64,000 nucleotides of DNA from contig NW_004797465.1 in assembly GCF_000002075.1 (NCBI RefSeq), positions 1,013,674-1,077,673 on the forward strand, given 5' to 3'. Source of the stretch: Aplysia californica. Taxonomy: Eukaryota. Position numbers and translations under genes: made by a program. The notes under the pieces were generated by a model, which saw only the letters and a program-made list of their open reading frames with translations, was not told the DNA's origin and searched no databases. Below, in pieces: positions 12,701-21,066 of this stretch. Position 1 is the first letter of the stretch. Every line of letters starts with the position of its first letter.

Positions 12701-15700
12701 TTCTCTGCTTATTTATGCAGTCATAGGCATATTGGAGGAAGACATTCTTTTTTCAGTGTCTCCAACTTGATATTATGTTAGCAATCAAGACAAGTATCTA
12801 AGAGTTCATGCTGCTTTTGGTAAAATCATTAAGCCGAAGTGAAAATAGGCACTTTGTATGGGATTTTGAACAGGGAAATAGTGCTTCGATCTACAAAGAG
12901 ACTTCAAACAAGAGATGTGGAACTGCTCTCTCTCACGAAGAAAAATGAGATGTCGAGTTGACATGAATTGTGTTTTTCCTGCTCTACGATTGGTCAGTTA
13001 ATGTGAGGTGTAACAGGGGGAGAAGGAGCATGTTCCAAGAAAAATGGCTAGCTTTTTTTCCTTTTTCATTAATTTTTCAAATGGGAATCATTTCTAAATA
13101 AATAAATCAGCTTTTAAGAATAAGGTTTTTAGTTGGTTTGTTCCTTCTTTCCTATCAAATGTTTATCATCTTTTTACTTCTCCGTCTTTTTTCTATATGT
13201 TACTCGCTAGTAACAGCTCTAACCTTCGACACTTATATGACCTAATTATGTTGCAAGTGCTGGGTAAGTGTTTTACGGCGCTCACAACTGCATAAGATCA
13301 TGTGAGCTCGCTGCAAGTGCTGTAAAACTCTATCTAAAGAATGCGGCTGTGAAATAAACACTTGTCTTTAAAACTTTGGCTTCCAACAGGCACTGTGGCC
13401 TTCTTCACGGCGTTGCTGTCCATGGCGTTCCTGGCCCAGCAGCTGCCCTTCTATGTCTGGTTCGGTGTGGTTGTGGCCACCCTCGGGTTCGGCGCGCTGG
13501 GCATCTCGGACTATGTGCACAACACTCCTGACGGGTTTGAGAAATACGGCATTGCTGCAGGTAATCACAGGAAATAGTGTTATAGTGACAATGATATACG
13601 ACATAGCTGCAGGTAATCACAGGGAATAGTTATAGTGACAATGATATTCTACATTGCTGCAGGTAATCACAGGGAATAGTTATAGTGACAATGATATACG
13701 ACATAGCTGCAGGTAATCACAGGGAATAGTTATACTCCCATACAAAACAGCTCCAGGCGGTTTGTAATAACTTCATGTCAACTCAAACCACAAGTGATTG
13801 AACATGCATACACACTCTTTAGATTAACACTAACACATAAGCAAACATTCATACTACCACAGCACAATCAATGACAATATGCACATAACATTATGTACAT
13901 GAAAGTCCCCTTTTTTATGTACAATTCTATTTTTATCTTTTTTACTTGTGTAAACATTAAGTGACATGGTTTTGGGCTTACTAGGAAGGGTTATGGAATT
14001 TTTTGTACGACCTCACAGGAAGCATACAGCGCAAGCAATAGATTAAGGACTCAAAACACTAACAAACTGACAAGATCTTTTACTGTCTATAGCTGGGAAC
14101 CCATTCCCATGGGGGTGAAGTGAGAAAATTTCCTATATAGTGTCTTTTTCAAGGACAAAATGCCGGGCCCCTCACAGACAACAACTGTTCCACCCAAAGC
14201 CCTGACCTGGCACTTATAGGTCCAATTTGTATTTCAAGTGCCGTAAAACTCTTACTAAAACAATAAAGCGCTGACCTGGCACTTATAGGTCCAATTTGTA
14301 TTTCAAGTGCCGTAAAACTCTTACTAAAGCTATAATAATATAAAGCCCTGACCTGGCACTTATAGGTCTCATTTGTATTGCAAGTGCCGTAAAACTCTTA
14401 CTAAAACAAAAAAGCGCTGACCTGGCACTTATAGGTCTCATTTGTATTGCAAGTGCCACAAAACTCTTACTAAAACAAAAAAGCGCTGACCTGGCACTTA
14501 TAGGTCCTATTTGTATTGCAAGTGCCATAAAACTTACTGAAACAATAAAGCGCTGACCTGGCACTTATAGGTCTCATTTGTATTGCAAGTGCCGTAAAAC
14601 TCTTACTAAAACAAAAAAGCGCTGACCTGGCACTTATAGGTCCTATTTGTATTGCAAGTGCCATAAAACTTACTGAAACAATAAAGCGCTGACCTGGCAC
14701 TTAAAGGTCCTATTTGTATTGCAAGTACCGCAAAACTCTTACTAAAACAATAAAGCACTGACCTAGCACTTATAGGACCTATTTATATTGCAGTGCTGTG
14801 AAACTCTTACTAAAACAATTTGTATTGCACATACCGTAAAACTCTGACTAAAACAATAAAGCCCTGACCGTTTCCTTCCTGTATCCACAGGAGATCTTCA
14901 GATCGGGATGGGACAGATCATGTTTGCCACCAAGCTGATTTATGAGGAGAAGTTCATCCGCAAGCACTCCATACACCCCATGAAGTTTTTGGGCTCAGAA
15001 GGTACTGTGTGGGTGGTTGGTGGGTGCTCTGGTGTGGGTTTTTGTTTTCCTTCTTTTCTATTAAACATCTATCATACTTATCTCTCCTCCTTGTTGTTTT
15101 CTGTGTATGTTACTCTCTAGTAACAGCTCTATTCTTCGGCACTTACAACATGACATAAATGTGTTGCAAGTGCTGCAAAACTCTTACTAAGTGGGTGGTT
15201 GGTGGGTGCTCTGGTGTGGTTTGCTTCTTCTTTCCTATTAAATTTCTATCGTCTTTATCTTCCCTCCTTCTATTTTGTGTTTGCTACTCTCTTGTAACAC
15301 ATCTATTCTTCGGCACTTATATGACTATGACCTTATTGTGTTGCAAGTGCCGTAAAACTCTTACTAAGACTAAACAAAGGTACTGTAATGGGTACTGACA
15401 AAGACAGACAGTGCTGCTTGTTGTTTTGAACCTCCCACTTTTTATGCTGTACAGAGTTTTGGTCTCTTCCTTGTCCTAGTCCACTCTTGCCCAGTGGTTT
15501 TCTCTGATTTCAAACAGTGTAGGCCTACATGTGGGTGGTTGGCGGGTGCTCTGGTGTGGTTTCAGCTCCTTCCTTCCTATCAAACATATATCGTCCAGAT
15601 CTCTCCTTCTTTTATATATTTGTTACTCTCTTGCAACACCTCTAATCTTCGGCACTTAATGACCTTATTGTGTTGCAAGTGCCATAAAACTCTTACTAAA

Positions 15701-18700
15701 ACAAAAAACTGTGTACATGTTATTCTGACTCTGAAAAGATGTTTGTAATAACCGTGACTCTGGTTTATTTGCTTTTTAAATGAAATTTGCTGTTGCTTTT
15801 GGTAGGATAACATACTGCCAAAAATAGAATGGGGCACTATGTTTACCTTTGGGGAATGATACTTTTTAATGATGAAGTTCATAGAATGAAATATTGAAGC
15901 CTTAGGACTCTCTTCATTTAAAATTTACTAAGTATTGTTAGTTTATTTACATGATATTAGTAAACATAATTTTTGCTTTTTTTTTTTCAACAATGCAATC
16001 TTCTCGATAAGGATGGACCTATTTTTTATTTAAGTGTGGTTTTGTCTTGCCTGCTTGGGTTCATATTAACTGCTTAGTGTCTGGCACCAAACGCTATTTT
16101 GAAAAATGCTGGCCCCCCAGGAAATCGCGGTCTTGCAATATTAGGCAAAAATATATCAACGCTTTAATTTTAACAGAATTTATAATACGAAATGGTGCGA
16201 GTACAGAACCGATAGGCCTACGTAAATCATGGTTTCGGCCCAGCTCTAGCCTAAACCTACTGGGCGTACTCTAAAAGCTATAACCGGAACTTCAGGCCGG
16301 AATACATTATGTACAACACACAATGAGACATGTATAGAGATCTAGATCTAATGTGTGTAAGCGTGCGCATGTGATAGAAAGTAGGTGTGTGTGTGGTATG
16401 CATGTGTGTGCGCGTGTAAGGTGTACGTGAGTGTGTGTGTGTGTGCACACGCGTGCGCATGAATATTGTTCGTAATCGTACATGATGCATGTGTCTGCAT
16501 ACACGGTAATTGGGCACCTAGTCTCAGTATCTACGTACACGGTAACCGGAAAGAAAATTAATCAATATTTTGTCCTGTGCTTCCACTTTAAAAAAAAAAA
16601 GAAAGCGACTTGTCGGGCTCGCCATCGTGACTGGTCAGTGAACCTGTGCTTTCGCATCACATTGTGAGTACCGGTTGGGGTCACCAAAGTTCATTCAAAG
16701 TCTGTGCGCTGCGAAGTATAGGGCTCCGGAATTGGGGGATTATTGATTTTTTTTTAAAGGTAGAGTCAGGAGAGGGCTTGGTTTGAAGGCAACACCGGAA
16801 GACAAAAACTGAACTTGGAGTTCTGAACTGCCCGGTTATCGTGTACATGACACTGAGACTACATACCTGGTTGCCGGTTACTGTGTACGTAGACACTGAG
16901 TTAAGCTGCGTTCACACGGGATCAAAATACAGATTACCGGTGTATCAAAGGTTTCAAGAGAAAAATAGAACAGGATCTGAAGTGATTGGAGCCTAAGCTA
17001 ATTTTGAATTTAGAGATTGTTTCGAAAATCTCCCATCAAATTTTTGGTTTTTATTAGACTAAACCTCATACTACACTTCTAGACTGTTTTTCTGGTATAA
17101 AATTTTACACATATGCATTTATATTATATGTAGCCTATAATACTTTGTTTTATGTACACATTTGTGTCGATTAATTTTTAAGATGTGATGTCTTTTTCAT
17201 TGTAATGCGCTTTGAGCATCTTTTAGGAAATGGAAATGCGCAGTATAAATGCTATTTATTATTATTATTAGGTCTTTGCATGAACCAAGTACCCGTTATA
17301 TACTAAATTTGGTCTAATTTTATGCCTTCATTTAAAAGTTATTACGAAAACCAAGGGTTCCATTATTTTGTGTCACGCAGTATTATATTATATTTGGTCG
17401 ATAACTTTATTGTTAACGTACTCGAGTGTTGTTACTGGTAAATATTGTTAATAAAATTTGTATAATGGGTCATGATTTTTTAAAAGGCTGTTCGGCTTTT
17501 ATGCTACCGATACTCAAATTGTCATGTTTTTTAAACTAAAAATGTTAAGCCCGTATTAATGCGCCAGGGATGGGAAGGTTGCAATTTTTTTGCTATTTTT
17601 GGGCAGTTTACCTTGCAATTTTTTGCAATTTTTCTATTTCAAAAATGCAATTTTCCGCGCGGCCAGAAAATGACATATGATGAGGCATCCCCCCATCAAG
17701 GCAGTGCTACTAACTGAAGTGCCTTTAGGCCATTCCCAAAGGGGGGGGGGGGTATTTACATGTTCTTATGCATAGTAGAATTGTAAATGGGATGATTTAT
17801 CAATGTCATGCTCATACTGTGCCGGAACAACATAGGGGGGAGAGATGTCGCTTTTTCTTTCCTCATCATACTACATGGCATTGGACAGAAGGGCGAGAGC
17901 CCAGATGTTGCTGGATCGATAACAACAACAACAACAACTTTCCTCATCATTACTATCGTCATTTTCCTCCCCTTCTTTTGTATGTTTATCACTCTCTTGT
18001 GAACTACTATTTCCGGGATGCCTCGATAGTCAAAGCAGACTTTGTGCTGTTGAGGCTAGAGAGGTGAGCAGAGTAAGCCCGATTCCCCGAAAGGACTTTT
18101 CTGCTGACATTCACCCCTGGACGCTTATATGACCATATGCAGTTGCAAGTCTTACACTGTGCAGTCGAAATTTAGTGGGTGCTTTTGTAAGTCCATTGTG
18201 TGTGATTCGTGTGGAAGTTTTAAGATGAGAATTTTTCCTCGTCTTTTTCAGCATCTTACGGTTTTGCGTTTGCCACGATTCTTCTCATCATTTTCAACCT
18301 GGTGGATGGAGTTCAGTACACGGAGATGCCAAACGGACATATCGAGGACTTTCAGGATGCAGCTTTTCAGCTTGCTGCCGACTGGCGTGTGGTGCTGGCT
18401 TTTGTGGGTAAGGTTTTGGTTAAACTTTTTATCTCTGGCGAGCCGCTACCAACGGCTCATGGTAGGAACGACTTTGACATTAAATTACTTTTTGGCAATT
18501 GCTGAAAACAGGTCTCTTTTATCAGGATTTCATTCATTAGATGAGGAACTATCAAAATAGGTTCACTTGTTTTGATTTAAAGACATATTCAGTGACGTTT
18601 TTGTGATTTTTAAATTAGGTACCAAAAAGGGCCGTGGCATAATGGGTTTACCCCGCCTCGGAGATAAAAGAGTCAGGCAAATAAAATCATTCCTTTTTTT

Positions 18701-19646
18701 TTTATTTGGTGTATTTGTCTTCCTATACTATGAGGGCACTTCCTCCTATAATATTTAATGATAGAAAATAACATTTATATAGCGCATATCCACACTCTAC
18801 AGTATGCTCTATGCTCTTTACGACTACTATTACACCAGCAGACCCGAGAACTCTCATAAGTTTGTTACTGCTTTTGGTATGGTAACAGACAAAAATACTG
18901 TGGTGCTCTGTGTTTACCTTTGGGGAATGATAGTGATATTTTCCAATGATGAAGTTTGTAGAATGACGTATGATTTCCTCCGTTGCTCTGTGCCAGGGTC
19001 GCTGCTGAGCTACATCGTATACACGTACCTGGGCCTGTTCCTGGTGCGCGACCAGGGGGCGCTGCCGCGGATCATGGTGGAGCTGCTGGTGTGGGCCTTC
19101 TACTGGGGCATCTGTTTGGCTCTCCACTGGGAGCAGTTCTTTATTGCTCAGGTNNNNNNNNNNNNNNNNNNNNNNNNNNNNNNNNNNNNNNNNNNNNNNN
19201 NNNNNNNNNNNNNNNNNNNNNNNNNNNNNNNNNNNNNNNNNNNNNNNNNNNNNNNNNNNNNNNNNNNNNNNNNNNNNNNNNNNNNTTATTGCTCAGGTGA
19301 GTGGGCTCTCTGTCGCTGTCTCTCTCTCTCTCTCTCTTAGTGGCTCTCCACTGGGAGCAGTTTTTTATTGCTCAGGTGAGTGGGCTCTCTGTCGCTGTCT
19401 CTCTCTCTCTCTCTCTTAGTGGCTCTCCACTGGGAGCAGTTTTTTATTGCTCAGGTNNNNNNNNNNNNNNNNNNNNNNNNNNNNNNNNNNNNNNNNNNNN
19501 NNNNNNNNNNNNNNNNNNNNNNNNNNNNNNNNNNNNNNNNNNNNNNNNNNNNNNNNNNNNNNNNNNNNNNNNNNNNNNNNNNNNNNNNNNNNNNNNNNNN
19601 NNNNGAGCAGTTTTTTTATTGTTCAGGTGAGTGGGCTCTCTGTCGC

Positions 19647-19681
<35 letters not shown>

Positions 19682-20934
19682 GTGGCTCTCCACTGTGAGT
19701 CGTGGGAGCAGTTTTTTATTGCTCAGGTGAGTGGGCTCTCTGTCGCTGTACCTGTCTCTGTGTGGCTCTCCACAGGGAGCTGTTCTTTATTGCACATGTG
19801 AGCAGGGCTCTCTGTCTCTCTGTGTGTCNNNNNNNNNNNNNNNNNNNNNNNNNNNNNNNNNNNNNNNNNNNNNNNNNNNNNNNNNNNNNNNNNNNNNNNN
19901 NNNNNNNNNNNNNNNNNNNNNNNNNNNNNNNNNNNNNNNNNNNNNNNNNNNNNNNNNNNNNNNNNNNNNNNNNNNNNNNNNNNAGACACAGAGAGACGCA
20001 AAGCGACAGGGAGTAAAAGTGGCAGAGACAAACGGAGAGAGACAGAACCAGAGACTGAAACACAGAGATAGAGACAGAGAAACAAAGATGGGAGCAGTGA
20101 CAGCGACTAGAGAGAGAGAGACCAGAGAAAGAGAGAGAGAGAGAGCAAGAAAGAGAAACAGCAACACAGAGACAGACACAGCGACAGACGGACACGGTGA
20201 CAGAGAGTGCTTAAGTGCTTCGATGTCAAACATAGGAGACCCAAGTTCGGTTCCGGAATGAAGAAAAATTTTTATCGAGCATCTCGGTCTTTCTGCTTGG
20301 ATGTTTTATTCCTCTCAGACTAGGTTGGCCCCGACAGGCAAGTTTGGAAGCCCACCTCCCAAATAATCTGAATGGGGCCATGGGGATGTAAAAACACCCA
20401 TATATATTTTTTAAAAAATTTTCTATTGGCATGGGTGGTGGTGATGTTACGCTTTCTTAGTGTGTGATTGGAGGATGCTCTGGTGAGGTTTGCTCCTTCT
20501 TTCTTATTCAATGTACATTGTCCTTACTTCTCCTCCTTGTTTCATTTGTATGCTACTCTCTAGTAACACCTCTAATCTTCAGCATTCGTCATATGACCTG
20601 ATTGTGTTACAAGTGCCGTAAAACTCTGACTCCGACTAAATGTCCTCAGGTCCCGGGGTTTGTCCTGATCCTGAAAGGCATCCTGGTCTATGCCCACATC
20701 CTGGTCATCCCGTGCTTCAACTGCTGCCAGAACGACGAGGTCATCGGCCTGGACGACGACATGCCGCTCGATGGCAACGACGACTTGCAGGATGGCGAGG
20801 ACGACGACCGGATGTTGGACCTTGTCCACGATGCGGATAACGGCATGGAGGTTGGCGAGAATGAAGGCGACTCTCTCATTCTTGCGGATCATGATGACGG
20901 GGATGAGAATCCTTTGCTGGGTGTTCGTCGATAA
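671..20934 (+). CDS. SLC35F6: SLC35F6-like solute carrier (DMT superfamily), 9 coding exons: join(671..750,5327..5399,6503..6611,8122..8577,13390..13560,14891..15001,18252..18407,18997..19151,20650..20934), 1596 nt = 531 aa + stop
   Basis: All 8 introns are GT-AG with matching phases (2,0,1,1,1,1,1,0) and the total length is divisible by 3. The translation has motifs collinear with SLC35F6 as I recall it: PPA..., SSFxMLxG, GDL, EEKF..KH..HP...G.E, ED..DA..Q, L.WE.F...Q..GF..L..G...Y. It has about 10 hydrophobic segments. The divergence suggests a paralog. Confidence 0.85.
4490..5011 (-). mobile_element. tRNA-headed SINE with Nin/Deu-type central domain and LINE-like hairpin tail
   Basis: On -: A-box-like tggtcgagagg and B-box-like cttcgaatcc (~4947-5003). 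Central gcacgttaaagatccc...cgataagagtagg...cccgggcaaaatt resembles the Deu/Nin domain as I recall it. Tail atgaccataggcagttgcgagtgccctaacacttac. Confidence 0.7.
5327..5399 (+). CDS. SLC35F6: SLC35F6-like exon 2 (WQKELIVQGTPTRKPHAFDHTFVM)
   Basis: tggcag| acceptor and ATG|gtaagt donor. Resembles the W...G....H.F.H.F segment of SLC35F6. Confidence 0.75.
6503..6611 (+). CDS. SLC35F6: SLC35F6-like exon 3 (WFLKQLMQFGLLFLWMAIDKNWLGFSRFRHGEVNQR, TM2)
   Basis: tttctgcag| acceptor in phase 0 and G|gtaatt donor in phase 1. The phases fit both neighbours, but sequence similarity is weak. Confidence 0.65.
6811..6988 (+). mobile_element. Short retroposon family A (~175 bp), full-length copy
   Basis: GTGGGTGGTTGG 5' end, pyrimidine-rich body, GTTAC-N6-GTAAC hairpin, 3' hairpin, and taaaacctctactaaaac tail. 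More than 15 related copies or fragments in the window. Confidence 0.75.
7561..7725 (+). mobile_element. Family A, decayed copy
   Basis: Degenerate but collinear match to 6811-6988. Confidence 0.55.
7760..8113 (+). repeat. 60-bp minisatellite x6 abutting the exon 4 acceptor
   Basis: Unit agctgtactgtaagtcaagtaagtaagaccgctgtggttcatgtctattctcatcatcat. Confidence 0.95.
8122..8577 (+). CDS. SLC35F6: SLC35F6-like exon 4 (acidic D/E/N-rich loop + LLYFPPAFFH...SSFGMLK)
   Basis: Lies in ORF 8100..8597. gtctcag| acceptor and AAG|gtgagt donor. Confidence 0.9.
9860..10270 (-). mobile_element. RTE-clade LINE reverse transcriptase fragment with internal deletion, nested in the Sola element
   Basis: TDGSLFNL...DLFFAGDAA (degenerate FADD box) is joined directly to the C-terminal RRLRWLG...RIPKQFLYGQL..GKRPRGR.KLRYKD. 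Confidence 0.75.
10830..11950 (-). pseudogene. Frameshifted Sola-type DDD transposase remnant
   Basis: Motifs spread over several frames: LPKLPSHYCRR, FHPRKDRCDLC, ALYYKTKLNVHNFT, SDGCG, KFLEKGYTQMKVNSAH. Confidence 0.75.
13131..13338 (+). mobile_element. Family A copy with an inverted tail fragment inside its 3' hairpin (~13264-13310)
   Basis: Collinear with family A. Ends about 50 nt before the exon 5 acceptor. Confidence 0.65.
13390..13560 (+). CDS. SLC35F6: SLC35F6-like exon 5 (GTVAFFTALLSMAFL...KYGIAA)
   Basis: Lies in ORF 13362..13577. ccaacag| acceptor, CAG|gtaatc donor, GC3-rich codons. Confidence 0.9.
13543..13734 (+). repeat. 50-52-bp minisatellite x4 spanning the exon 5 donor
   Basis: gctgcag|gtaatcacagg recurs, with GT at 13561, 13613, 13663 and 13713. 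Confidence 0.95.
14197..14868 (+). repeat. ~66-77-bp minisatellite x9-10 built from the family A 3' hairpin/tail
   Basis: Unit aaagcgctgacctggcacttataggtc.atttgtattgcaagtgccgtaaaactcttactaaaaca. Confidence 0.92.
14891..15001 (+). CDS. SLC35F6: SLC35F6-like exon 6 (GDLQIGMGQIMFATKLIYEEKFIRKHSIHPMKFLGSE)
   Basis: tccacag| acceptor, AAG|gtactg donor, and the EEKF..KH..HP motif. Confidence 0.9.
15009..15709 (+). mobile_element. Three family A copies (15009-15190 and 15191-15377 head-to-tail; 15531-15709)
   Basis: Each starts GTGGGTGGTTGG and ends aaaactcttactaa. The first begins 7 nt into the intron after exon 6. Confidence 0.8.
16067..16904. mobile_element. Probable TTAA-flanked MITE with internal inverted repeats
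   Basis: Ends ttaactgcttagtgtct... / ...agacactgagttaa. Internal ctcagtatctacgtacacggtaaccgg (16524-16549) is inverted at ~16874-16900 and ~16832-16860. Confidence 0.45.
17700..18157 (+). mobile_element. Short retroposon family B (~400 bp; shares both hairpins and tail with family A)
   Basis: Collinear with the reverse complement of 41750-42150 and 56497-56890. Confidence 0.75.
18252..18407 (+). CDS. SLC35F6: SLC35F6-like exon 7 (ASYGFAFATILLIIFNLV...HIEDFQDAAFQLAADWRVVLAFV)
   Basis: tttttcag| acceptor, G|gtaagg donor, and the ED..DA..Q motif. Confidence 0.88.
18997..19151 (+). CDS. SLC35F6: SLC35F6-like exon 8 (GSLLSYIVYTYLGLFLV...LHWEQFFIAQ)
   Basis: tgccag| acceptor and CAG|gt donor immediately before an N gap. 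Confidence 0.88.
19118..19828 (+). repeat. ~79-bp tandem repeat containing the exon 8 end, its donor and (CT)n; interrupted by N gaps
   Basis: cag|gt recurs, with GT at 19152, 19297, 19376, 19455, 19627 and 19727. Confidence 0.9.
20432..20640 (+). mobile_element. Family A copy ending 9 nt before the terminal-exon acceptor
   Basis: ...caagtgccgtaaaactctgactccgactaaa tgtcctcag|. Confidence 0.7.
20650..20934 (+). CDS. SLC35F6: SLC35F6-like terminal exon (last TM + acidic tail ending DENPLLGVRR*)
   Basis: tcctcag| acceptor in phase 0, in ORF 20602..20934, TAA stop. Confidence 0.88.
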   Translation, partial: VPGFVLILKGILVYAHILVIPCFNCCQNDEVIGLDDDMPLDGNDDLQDGEDDDRMLDLVHDADNGMEVGENEGDSLILADHDDGDENPLLGVRR

Positions 20935-21066
20935 GACTATCGGATGTTGGACCTTGTCCACGATGCGGATAACGGCATGGAGGTTGGCGAGAATGAAGAC
21001 GACGCTCTCTTTCTTGCGGATCATGAGGACGGGGATGAGAATCCTTTTCTGGGTGTTCAATGATAA
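20803..21066 (+). repeat. 132-bp tandem duplication of the last 44 codons, including the stop
   Basis: 20803-20934 vs 20935-21066, high identity, in frame. Confidence 0.95.

Noticed and set aside
15869-15960. ATGATGA as a C/D snoRNA C box
   Set aside because: No CTGA D box or terminal stem at a suitable distance.
19144-20261. ORFs running through N gaps and (CT)/(GA) repeats
   Set aside because: Artefacts of ambiguous bases and simple repeats.
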